Origin: an uncultured Ruminiclostridium sp.
Lineage (GTDB): Bacteria > Bacillota > Clostridia > DSM-8532
NCBI GenBank assembly: GCA_964388375.1
Contig: CAYMAE010000001.1
Span: 20,119 to 84,118, forward strand
Reading direction: 5' to 3'
Length of the DNA: 64,000 nt
This document shows positions 39,402 to 47,671 of the stretch, in pieces (the first letter of the stretch is position 1; the number at the start of each line of letters is the position of its first letter). The position numbers and the translations under genes were made by a program. The notes beneath the pieces are model-generated. The model saw nothing but the letters and a program-made list of their open reading frames with translations, was not told the DNA's origin and searched no databases.

Positions 39402-41480
39402 TTATTCGTCTTCGCGAGCCCTAAGTGCTTCTGCTATAACCTTATCAGCTACCATTGGAGGAGCTTCTTCGTAGCGTTCAAAGCACATTGTAAATGAACC
39501 TCTTCCTTGGGTTATAGAACGAAGATCAGTTGCATAACGGAACATCTCGGCTTGAGGAACCTCAGCCACTACCTTCTGAACACCATGCTCATGTGGGTTC
39601 ATACCCAGAACACGGCCACGGCGCTTATTGAGATCTCCGATTATATCTCCCATGTAATCATCTGGAATGCATACTTCAACATGGCAAATAGGCTCTAAAA
39701 GAACTGGTCCAGCTTGTTTAACGCCTTCTTTAAAAGCAAGACTTGCGGCAATCTTAAACGCCATCTCCGAGGAGTCAACATCATGATATTTACCGTCTAC
39801 CAGTGTAGCCTTTAAATGTACCACAGGATATCCTGCAAGAACACCTTTTCGCATACTGTCTATTAAGCCTTTTTCAACAGCCGGGAAATACTGCTTAGGA
39901 ACAGAGCCACCAAAGATTTTCTCTTCGAATACCAATGCTTCTGTTGGGCCTGGCTCAAACTCAACCCAGATATCACCGAATTGTCCGTGCCCGCCACTTT
40001 GCTTCTTATGCTTTCCTTCAACCTTAACTTTCTTCTTAATAGTTTCACGATAAGGAATGATTGGATTTGTAAGCTCTACTTCAACCTTATATCTATTCTT
40101 AAGCTTGCAGGTTAGAAGATCTAAATGCTGATCTCCCACACCATAAACAATGGTCTGCTTAGTTTCGGTATTAAGTATCATTTTAAAGGTTAAATCTTCT
40201 TCTAATAGTCGGCTTAAGCCAATTCCTATCTTATCCTCATCGCCCTTAGCTTTAGGGGCAATTGCCATACCTAGCATTGGCTCAGGGAATTCAATAGGCT
40301 CAACTAAAACCTGTCTCTCTTTATCAGCAAGGGTATCATTTGTCTCTGTTGAAGATAGCTTTGCAACTGCACCAATATCACCAGTAACTAATTTATTTAA
40401 TGGGATTTGTTGCTTGCCATTCATAGTAAAAATGCTGCTGATTTTTTCAGATTTTTCTTTATTAACGTTATAGATGCTATTGTCTGCAGTAAGTGTTCCA
40501 GTAATAACCTTTAAAAATGATATTTTTCCTACAAACGGATCGGCTATTGTTTTAAACACTTGAACAACAACAGGCTCTTTCTCTCCAACTGTAATTTCGA
40601 TAGGTTCTTTAGATGATACATCGAGAACCTTTGCCTTCTCCTTGCTGCAATGTGCTGGCATGTAGTTCACCGCTGCATCCATAAGTTGTGCAACGCCGGC
40701 TTTTTGTATTGAAGAAACACATAAAACAGGTGCAATATCGCCGGCCCTGGTACCATTGTTGATTCCTTTATTTATTTCATCTTCAGTGAATGCTTCGCCC
40801 AAAAAATATTTTTCCATAAGCTCTTCATCAGTCTCAGCTATGGCCTCGAATACATTGTCCTTATATTCCTCAACTTCGCTCATATACTGGGCGGGAATTT
40901 CACCTTCAGTTATTTCCTTACCATTATAAAATAATGCTTTCATATGAGGAATATCGATTATTCCTTTAACTTTGCCATCTTCAATTATTGGTAGTTGAAG
41001 TGCAATAACACTATTTCCAAACTTTTCTCGAAGTCCATGATATACTTTTGCAAAATCGGCATTCTCTTCATCAAGCTTAGTTATAACAAATAGTCTTGCC
41101 AAATGCTTTTTATTTACCTCATACCAGGCCTTCTCTGTGCCTACTTGTATTCCGTCTTTACCACCAACTAAAATTACTGCTCCATCGGCTACGCTTAGCC
41201 CTTCAAGCATTTCTCCCACAAAATCAAAGTAACCGGGAGTATCAATGACATTGATCTTCACATCTTTCCATTCAATAGGAGCAAAGGATGTAGAAATTGA
41301 AAATTTCCTTTTTATCTCCTCTGGATCATAGTCCATAACGGTGTTTCCATCGACAACACTACCAAAGCGATCTGTTGCACCTATTATGTTTAGCATTGCC
41401 TCGACTAGTGTTGTCTTCCCCGCATTGCCATGCCCTAGTAGACATATGTTGCGAATACTTTCACAACTGTAGTCTTTCAT
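39402..41480 (-). CDS. elongation factor G family GTPase (EF-G paralog)
   Basis: 692 aa. G1 GHGNAGKTT, G3 DTPG, and all five EF-G domains are apparent. It is not in an str operon context, so I call it a paralog. Confidence 0.85.
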   Translation of the reverse strand: MKDYSCESIRNICLLGHGNAGKTTLVEAMLNIIGATDRFGSVVDGNTVMDYDPEEIKRKFSISTSFAPIEWKDVKINVIDTPGYFDFVGEMLEGLSVADGAVILVGGKDGIQVGTEKAWYEVNKKHLARLFVITKLDEENADFAKVYHGLREKFGNSVIALQLPIIEDGKVKGIIDIPHMKALFYNGKEITEGEIPAQYMSEVEEYKDNVFEAIAETDEELMEKYFLGEAFTEDEINKGINNGTRAGDIAPVLCVSSIQKAGVAQLMDAAVNYMPAHCSKEKAKVLDVSSKEPIEITVGEKEPVVVQVFKTIADPFVGKISFLKVITGTLTADNSIYNVNKEKSEKISSIFTMNGKQQIPLNKLVTGDIGAVAKLSSTETNDTLADKERQVLVEPIEFPEPMLGMAIAPKAKGDEDKIGIGLSRLLEEDLTFKMILNTETKQTIVYGVGDQHLDLLTCKLKNRYKVEVELTNPIIPYRETIKKKVKVEGKHKKQSGGHGQFGDIWVEFEPGPTEALVFEEKIFGGSVPKQYFPAVEKGLIDSMRKGVLAGYPVVHLKATLVDGKYHDVDSSEMAFKIAASLAFKEGVKQAGPVLLEPICHVEVCIPDDYMGDIIGDLNKRRGRVLGMNPHEHGVQKVVAEVPQAEMFRYATDLRSITQGRGSFTMCFERYEEAPPMVADKVIAEALRAREDE

Positions 41481-41576
41481 ATCAATTCCCCCTTATCATC
41501 GATTTGCACAAACAGTACTTGTTTTTTTGTTAAATATGCACAAAAAAACAGTTTGAGCTCGAGTAATTTTAGATGT

Positions 41577-41605
41577 ATTATACCAGATATCTTTACGTGA
41601 ATCAA
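41577..41605 (-). promoter_or_regulatory. promoter of the EF-G paralog (TTGATT-N17-TGGTATAAT)
   Basis: On the minus strand, TTGATT 41605-41600, 17 nt, and TATAAT 41582-41577 preceded by TGG. Confidence 0.55.
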
Positions 41606-41686
41606 TTTAATATGTATAACATTGCCCGATGGCGAGGATAAACTACTGAACTGAGCCTCTAATTATGTCAATTATGGCCAAAAATA

Positions 41687-42556
41687 TCAATTGTCTTTTT
41701 TATTATCATAATCAGCGAATGTATAAATATCGGAAAATTCAACATTTACGGGTTCCATAACTCTATTAGGAAATAATTCTTTTCTATTAACTATATTACT
41801 ATTAGCTTCATCTATATCCAATGTAGTTGCAGGTAATATGATTTCGAAGGAGGTCCCTTCTCCAACTTGACTACTTACTTTTATCTTACCATCATGCGCT
41901 TCAACAAATGCTTTTACTATATATAGACCCATCCCGCATCCTTCATTATTTCGATTATAAAAATCTTCTGCCTGATTAAATAACTCGAAAACTAAGCTTA
42001 GTTGTTCTTCTGAAATCCCTACACCCGTATCATTAACAGTAATTACTATATTCTCTTCAGTTTCAGATAGTAATATTCTTATAGTACCTTTTCCATCAAT
42101 GAATTTAAGTGAATTAGAGATAAGATTAAGAAGTATCCTTTCTATCATGTCAGGATCACACGCAATAATTTTTGAATCTAAATCAGGCTCAAAAACAATA
42201 TTTACGTCCATTGTTTCTACATATACTTGAACCGACAGGGTTATACCCTTAATTAACTTAACGATATCATAGTTAATGCGCTTACATTTTAGAAACCCGT
42301 TATCATGACAGCTAAGGTCAATTAAGTTATTTGTCATACGCATAACACGATAGCAATTCTGACGAATGATATCCATCTGCTTGATGGCCTTTTCCTTATA
42401 GGAATCACCGTCTAGACTGTTTTTAAAACTATCCATTAATTGGACAACTGAAAAAATAATATTAATAGGCGTTTTTAAATCATGGGACATTTCAGTGAAT
42501 AATTTTATATTTGGATTCCTCCATGCAATTCCTTCGCTTTTGTCTGAAACATTCAC
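41687..42556 (-). CDS. minimal soluble histidine kinase (DHp + CA only, no sensor or TM domain)
   Basis: 289 aa with a GTG start and SD AAGGTGGGGA. The H-box SHDLKTP is at residue 25. N-box NLISNSLKF, G1 DTGVGI and G2 GCGMGL are present. No response regulator is adjacent. Confidence 0.85.
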   Translation of the reverse strand: MNVSDKSEGIAWRNPNIKLFTEMSHDLKTPINIIFSVVQLMDSFKNSLDGDSYKEKAIKQMDIIRQNCYRVMRMTNNLIDLSCHDNGFLKCKRINYDIVKLIKGITLSVQVYVETMDVNIVFEPDLDSKIIACDPDMIERILLNLISNSLKFIDGKGTIRILLSETEENIVITVNDTGVGISEEQLSLVFELFNQAEDFYNRNNEGCGMGLYIVKAFVEAHDGKIKVSSQVGEGTSFEIILPATTLDIDEANSNIVNRKELFPNRVMEPVNVEFSDIYTFADYDNKKDN

Positions 42557-42732
42557 ACTATCCCCACCTTATTAATAATAGATTTAGATTTAATTTCATT
42601 TAGGTATAAAATCTTTTCTCTATTTTATACTATATTTCTATTTCCCTCAATTATTTTCTATTAAATTACATACATTGGTCTCTATTTACCTAAAAAAAAC
42701 AGCCTTTTTTTCAATAAGCAGTTCTTGATACT

Positions 42733-42764
42733 AAAAAAGCAGCCACAATTGTGACTGCTTTTTT
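42733..42764. terminator. bidirectional hairpin terminator downstream of the HU paralog
   Basis: AGCAGCCAC-aatt-GTGACTGCT flanked by A6 and T6. Confidence 0.7.
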
Positions 42765-42776
42765 ATAATTATGCGA

Positions 42777-43073
42777 TTATTTCTTTTTCTTGCCCTTAGA
42801 TGCAGCAACTTTCGCCTTAAGGTCTTTGCCTGCTTTAAAAACAGGAGCCTTTGAAGCTGGAATTTTAATTTTTTCCTTAGTGCGAGGATTAACACCGGTA
42901 CGTGCCTTACGATCTCTTACATCGAAGGTACCAAAACCAACCAATGTAACCTTTTCGCCCTTTGATAATGAGCCACTAATGCTCCCGATAATTGCGTCTA
43001 ATGCAATACCAGCATCTTTCTTTGTCATTTCTGCTTTCTTAGCAATTGCATCGATAAGATCCGCCTTGTTCAT
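42777..43073 (-). CDS. HU/IHF-family DNA-binding protein with a Lys-rich C-terminal tail
   Basis: Start placed at MNKADLI (SD GGGAG 7 nt upstream). The longer ORF start at 43112 lies only 4 nt from the predicted -10. 98 aa with an HU fold (GFGTFDVRDRKARTGVNPRT) plus the tail KAKVAASKGKKKK. Confidence 0.85.
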   Translation of the reverse strand: MNKADLIDAIAKKAEMTKKDAGIALDAIIGSISGSLSKGEKVTLVGFGTFDVRDRKARTGVNPRTKEKIKIPASKAPVFKAGKDLKAKVAASKGKKKK

Positions 43074-43115
43074 GTCAACTCTCCCTTCGGGTATTCCGGC
43101 ATATTCTGCCATGTG

Positions 43116-43143
43116 ATTATAACCATATTATTTCATAAAGCAA
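43116..43143 (-). promoter_or_regulatory. promoter of the HU paralog (TTGCTT-N16-TATAAT)
   Basis: On the minus strand, TTGCTT 43143-43138, 16 nt, TATAAT 43121-43116. Confidence 0.55.
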
Positions 43144-43523
43144 CATAAAAAGCCATCTTTTTTAACAAATTTTTATTATTTTTTAAAAGAAAGTGGTTTG
43201 TTCTAGCAGTTTAGATTGAATATATTCGCTGTATCTGTTTGTTTATGCACCTTATATCCTTTTTACAGTTTTCCCAATTAAAAAATTGATTCCATTTATT
43301 TTTGCTAATAATCTGTTTATTTAAATGCTAACCGACATATTTCATGCGTCAATTTGCCCAGTAATGTAATTTTTATCCTACATTCATTTTGCTACTTATG
43401 GAAACCATACACATCTTCTGTTACAATCAGTCGTCCCTTCGCCTCACTTGCGCTATAATCGCTCAACCTAAACCTCAAGTCTTGCTTGCATTAAACCCCT
43501 TAAATCACCCTTCACTAAACTGC

Positions 43524-43552
43524 TTGACTCATCTAAATGCCTGTGTTACAAT
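43524..43552 (+). promoter_or_regulatory. tRNA-Ser promoter (TTGACT-N17-TGTTACAAT, extended -10)
   Basis: TTGACT 43524-43529, 17 nt, and TACAAT 43547-43552 preceded by TGT. Confidence 0.6.
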
Positions 43553-43599
43553 ATTCAAGCATGATTTAAGTATTATGCTTGAGTTATTAATATTTTTTT

Positions 43600-43692
43600 G
43601 GAGGAGTCGCCTAGTCCGGCCGAGGGCGTGCGACTGGAAATCGCATAGGCGTCACAAGCGTCTCGAGAGTTCGAATCTCTCCTCCTCCGCCA
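43600..43692 (+). tRNA. tRNA-Ser (anticodon GGA), CCA encoded
   Basis: Hand-folded cloverleaf. Acceptor GGAGGAG/CTCCTCC, anticodon stem TGCGA/TCGCA with loop CTGGAAA, a long variable arm, T-arm GAGAG-TTCGAAT-CTCTC, discriminator G and CCA. Confidence 0.95.
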
Positions 43693-43698
43693 AAAACA

Positions 43699-43746
43699 GA
43701 TACCGTAGATTGATACAATATATCTATCTGCGGTATCGTTTTTTTA
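43699..43746. terminator. bidirectional terminator between tRNA-Ser (+) and the metH operon (-)
   Basis: GATACCGTAGAT / ATCTGCGGTATC stem (one G-T pair), followed by T8 on the plus strand and TGTTTTT on the minus strand. Confidence 0.75.
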
Positions 43747-43843
43747 TTCTCCAAAATACCCGTATAGCAGGGGCTAAAGAGATAAACCCAGAGCTTGCAA
43801 ATGAGTTGAGCGGATTTGTTATTGCAAGATATTAGAATTATGT

Positions 43844-44281
43844 TTAATCCTCATCATAGTATTGATATCTAGCTTCATTTTCCTCTTTTAAAAAGATTAC
43901 ATTTTCCTGGATTGAGAACATGAGCATAAAGAGCTCAAAAAGTACTCTTAGAATAATCTGTAGAATTATTGTGCCTAATAATCCGACAAAGAAATTGGCA
44001 ACAAACATTGCAACAAGTCCGACCACTAGAAGTACAATCACAAAAGAGATATATAGAATCTTTGCAAGACCGCCTCCTAGCATTAATCTAAAGTTAAAAA
44101 CATCAAGCAAGTACTCCGAAATACTGTTATAACGTTTTTGTTTCTTTGGTACTAGGAGCAAAAAATAAATCCAAATAGCCACTATAACCGATCCAGTTAA
44201 AATATAGGGAAATACTCCACTTAACGCTTCAGTTATTTTTTCTGCCATTGAAAAAAAACCTAGTTTTAAAAAGCCTTCCAT
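43844..44281 (-). CDS. small membrane protein (DUF4282-like)
   Basis: 145 aa with 3-4 hydrophobic helices and a pattern (FNFRLM...KILYISFVIV...ILRVLFELFMLMFSIQEN) that resembles DUF4282. SD GGGGTG lies inside the end of metH, and the start is 3 nt after the metH stop. Confidence 0.6.
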   Translation of the reverse strand: MEGFLKLGFFSMAEKITEALSGVFPYILTGSVIVAIWIYFLLLVPKKQKRYNSISEYLLDVFNFRLMLGGGLAKILYISFVIVLLVVGLVAMFVANFFVGLLGTIILQIILRVLFELFMLMFSIQENVIFLKEENEARYQYYDED

Positions 44282-44284
44282 AAA

Positions 44285-46801
44285 TCAACACCCCGTTTTA
44301 TTATTATTAAGCAATTTTTTACCAAGCTTTACAGCCGAATATGCATCAGCAGAATAGTGTGCTCCAAAGCTTTGCGCAAATTTATTGTCCACGACTGCTC
44401 CTCCAACCATCATAGCACATTTGAGTCCTTCTTTCTTTAACTCAGACATAACTATTGGCATCTGGTTCATTGTTGTAGTCATAAGCGTTGAAAGCGCTAT
44501 AATATCAGCATTATTGGCCTTTACCGCCTCAATTATACTTTCAGCGTCCACATCCTTACCTAGATCTAGTACATTGAATCCATAGTTTTTTAATAACATC
44601 GCCACTATATTTTTACCTATGTCGTGAACATCTCCCTTGACGGTTGCTATTACTATGGTACCCAGTGATTTTTTTAATTGTTTTTCTTCCCCTTCGATTT
44701 CAGGTGACAATACCTTCATGGCCTTCTCCATTGCCTCTGCACCCCTTATCAGCTGGGGTAAAAAATATAATTTTTGCTCGTAAAGCTCGCCTACTCTTTG
44801 GATAGCTGGTATGAGCTCATCGTCAATTATAAGTCTAGGAGAAAAGCCTTTTATTATGGCCTGATTTGCTAAATCCAACGCACTTTGAGAATCGCCGTTT
44901 AATATAGCATTATATAGTGTCTTTCTGCTAATATCCTCATTTTCTTGGGCCTTAGAAGTATTCGCATTCTTCGTAGACTTCATATCCTTCACAAACTTCG
45001 TATCTTTTGAAGTCTCCGAATCGTTTATAGCTCTTGAACTTGAACTTTGAGCGTTCTGAGCTACTTGTTTATTAAAATATAGGCCAATATAGCTAAGAGC
45101 GTTTTCATCTCTTCCTACAATGGCATCGGTGGCTTTTACCGTTTGCATAAGCTGCTGATTGTTTGGATTTAAAATAGCAGTTGTAAGGCCATTAGCCACA
45201 GCCATTGCAAGAAACGCAGAATTAATTCCCTCTCTTGAGGGTAAGCCAAATGATACATTAGAAAGGCCTATGGTAGTATTTATGTCAAACTCATTTTTAC
45301 ACCAATTAATTACTTTTAAAGCTTCCAAGGCGCTGTCTTTATTTGATGCAATTGTCATAGCTAAGCCATCAACTAAAATATCTTCCTTTGAAAAGCCAAG
45401 CTTTTTTGCCCTTTGGTAAATATCTTCTATTATTTTTATACGTTCATCTGCAGTCTCGGGAACTCCATCATCATCAACAGGTAAAAGCACAAACATAGCG
45501 CCATATTTTTGGGCTATAGGAAGCATCTTATTTATTTTTTCGCTCTCTGCTGATATCGAATTTATAATTGCTCTTCCTGGATAAATTCGCAATGCAGCTT
45601 CTAGTGCATCTGGATTTGATGTGTCAATCAATATTGGAGCAGATACAGAGTTGGTTATGGCATTAACCATACTTTTTAGAGTTTCGCTTTCATCTATTCC
45701 GGGAACGCCCGCATTAACATCAAGTAGCATTGCCCCGGCTTCTACCTGCTCTCTTGCCAGACTAGAAACCAAATCCATATTGCCATTTGTCAAAGCCTCT
45801 TTTAAAGCTTTCTTACCAGTAGGATTAAGCCTTTCTCCTATTATTGTAAAAGGCATTGAATCACAAATTTGTACTGTCTTTCTATTAGAAGATGCAAGGG
45901 TGCACTTCTTTGTTTCTACCTGTACTGGCATATACGCCGAAGCTTTATCTTTTAATGCTTTTATAAAAGCAGGTGTTGTCCCACAGCAGCCTCCAATTGC
46001 ATTGGCTCCTGCCGCTACCAGTTCCTCAGCATATACACTAAAGCCCTCGGCATCCATATTAAATACTGTCTTTCCATTTTCCAGGTGTGGTTTTCCAGCA
46101 TTAGCCTTAGCTATAAGTGGGACCTTGGCGTAAGGCTTCATTTGTCGAATTAAGCCTACCATTTCTGCAGGGCCACTTGAACAGTTGCAACCTACCGCAT
46201 CAGCACCTAAGGATTGCAATGTAATTAATGAGCTTACAGGATCGTTTCCCATAAGCGTCCTGTCTCCCTCATATGTTAATGTAACCATGATGGGCTTATC
46301 ACATAGCTCTTTGATTGCTATTAGGGCGGCTCGTGCCTCCTGAAGGTCCATCATAGTCTCAATGGCAAACAAATCCACTCCACCGTCTATTAGGCCCTTA
46401 GCCTGGGATTTAAAGTTCTCTACTGCCTGTTCAAAGCCTATCGTGCCAAATGGCTGTAGAAGGCTTCCACATGAAGATATATCGCCTGCTACAAGGCATG
46501 ATTCGCCTGCTGCTTTCCGTGCTATTTGAGCAAGTGTCTTATTAATCTCATATGTCTCTTCGGATAGTCCAAATTCAGCTAACTTAATAGGGTTTGCTCC
46601 AAATGTGAATGTATAAATAATATCAGAGTCTGCATCAACATATGACTTTTGTGTTTCGCCAACAAGCTCACTATTTAAAGTAGCCCATTTTTCAGGGCAA
46701 ACACCAGTAGGCATACCAGATTGTTGGAGCATGGTACCCATGGCCCCGTCCAATATTACTATTCTATCTTTAAATAATTTACTAAATTCATTTTTTGTCA
46801 T
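44285..46801 (-). CDS. metH: cobalamin-dependent methionine synthase lacking the C-terminal reactivation domain
   Basis: 838 aa. Hcy-binding module (ILDGAMGT...GGCCGTTP), pterin-binding module, B12 cap, and a B12-binding DVHDIGKN (DxHxxG) module. It ends after the Rossmann domain. Confidence 0.9.
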   Translation of the reverse strand: MTKNEFSKLFKDRIVILDGAMGTMLQQSGMPTGVCPEKWATLNSELVGETQKSYVDADSDIIYTFTFGANPIKLAEFGLSEETYEINKTLAQIARKAAGESCLVAGDISSCGSLLQPFGTIGFEQAVENFKSQAKGLIDGGVDLFAIETMMDLQEARAALIAIKELCDKPIMVTLTYEGDRTLMGNDPVSSLITLQSLGADAVGCNCSSGPAEMVGLIRQMKPYAKVPLIAKANAGKPHLENGKTVFNMDAEGFSVYAEELVAAGANAIGGCCGTTPAFIKALKDKASAYMPVQVETKKCTLASSNRKTVQICDSMPFTIIGERLNPTGKKALKEALTNGNMDLVSSLAREQVEAGAMLLDVNAGVPGIDESETLKSMVNAITNSVSAPILIDTSNPDALEAALRIYPGRAIINSISAESEKINKMLPIAQKYGAMFVLLPVDDDGVPETADERIKIIEDIYQRAKKLGFSKEDILVDGLAMTIASNKDSALEALKVINWCKNEFDINTTIGLSNVSFGLPSREGINSAFLAMAVANGLTTAILNPNNQQLMQTVKATDAIVGRDENALSYIGLYFNKQVAQNAQSSSSRAINDSETSKDTKFVKDMKSTKNANTSKAQENEDISRKTLYNAILNGDSQSALDLANQAIIKGFSPRLIIDDELIPAIQRVGELYEQKLYFLPQLIRGAEAMEKAMKVLSPEIEGEEKQLKKSLGTIVIATVKGDVHDIGKNIVAMLLKNYGFNVLDLGKDVDAESIIEAVKANNADIIALSTLMTTTMNQMPIVMSELKKEGLKCAMMVGGAVVDNKFAQSFGAHYSADAYSAVKLGKKLLNNNKTGC

Positions 46802-46822
46802 GGAAATCCACCTTTGAATTTA

Positions 46823-47494
46823 TTAGCATGAGATACCAGCCACGGCAAAAACAGATTTTTCAGGGATGAGCATATATGCATCGTTTAATACAAGTCCTAA
46901 ATTTTCGCATTTGAGTAATCGGTAAAAATCCTTCTGTTGGGAGATATCAAAATCCCCATAACCTGGACTAAATCGCATTTTTGTCAAGAGTCTTCCTTTA
47001 GACCTTAGCTGCTGATTCACCATGTTCATTGTAAAGTCTAAGGCAGAATCAGTCATTACTGAGGCAGCGGCATCTGCAATGACAGCCTCGCTCAACCGTT
47101 CTTCTTTCTGTAGCCTTACTATTAATTTCATTATATTGTGCCCACCTGTAGCAGCCATAATTAAAGCCTCTTGGGAATTTTCTAGTAATTTAGAAAGCTT
47201 TTGACCAGACAAAATAGTGCCATCAGCCAATTTAACATTAGGATAATCAATGTCTATAATTTTCATAATTCGGTAGGCCACCGTGATTTGCAAAGCCTTT
47301 TTAGCCTTTTCAATTATGCTTTCTATCTCTTTGGTAAGCTCTAATGAAAGCTCTGTACTGTTTTTACTATAACCTAGCCTAGAGTAAATTAGGTTTTTGT
47401 TATAGGATGGCATTATATTTTTAATGGTCCTTATTTCGTCCACAGTAATTGCCTCTTTACATTTTCGTATGCAATTTTTCTCATATTTTATCAT
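46823..47494 (-). CDS. stand-alone methionine synthase activation (AdoMet-binding) domain protein
   Basis: 223 aa, immediately upstream of the truncated metH. The size and the C-terminal RFSPGYGD..L..Q motif fit the MetH reactivation domain. The start codon is uncertain because there is no clear SD. Confidence 0.65.
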   Translation of the reverse strand: MIKYEKNCIRKCKEAITVDEIRTIKNIMPSYNKNLIYSRLGYSKNSTELSLELTKEIESIIEKAKKALQITVAYRIMKIIDIDYPNVKLADGTILSGQKLSKLLENSQEALIMAATGGHNIMKLIVRLQKEERLSEAVIADAAASVMTDSALDFTMNMVNQQLRSKGRLLTKMRFSPGYGDFDISQQKDFYRLLKCENLGLVLNDAYMLIPEKSVFAVAGISC

Positions 47495-47614
47495 ATTAAC
47501 ATAAGTAGAACAAATACAAGTTATAATGAAAATTTCCCGATTCGGTATCGGTTTAAAATATCAATCGCGTGCTTGCAATGGGGTTTTACCAGTGCTTTAC
47601 ACTCCTATTATGCA

Positions 47615-47642
47615 AGTAAGGCGCTTAATTAAGCGCCTTACT
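47615..47642. terminator. perfect 28-nt palindrome after ftsH (hairpin without a clear U-run)
   Basis: AGTAAGGCGCTTAA|TTAAGCGCCTTACT, 30 nt after the ftsH stop. Confidence 0.5.
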
Positions 47643-47671
47643 ATTCATATATAATTTTATTAAATTAAATT

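Noticed and set aside
43555-43599. Terminator-like hairpin (TCAAGCAT / ATGCTTGA plus a T-rich tract) between the tRNA-Ser promoter and the tRNA
   Set aside because: It is more simply explained as part of the precursor leader removed by RNase P. Nothing supports attenuation of a tRNA gene.
43389-43835. 148-aa plus-strand ORF
   Set aside because: It runs through the tRNA-Ser gene, its promoter and its terminator, so it is an artefact of an open frame.
47495-47671. SAM or cobalamin riboswitch upstream of the split metH operon
   Set aside because: Only about 120 nt remain after the ftsH hairpin. I found no S-box core (GAGGGA...GCCC...GCAACC), no B12 box and no T-box sequence.
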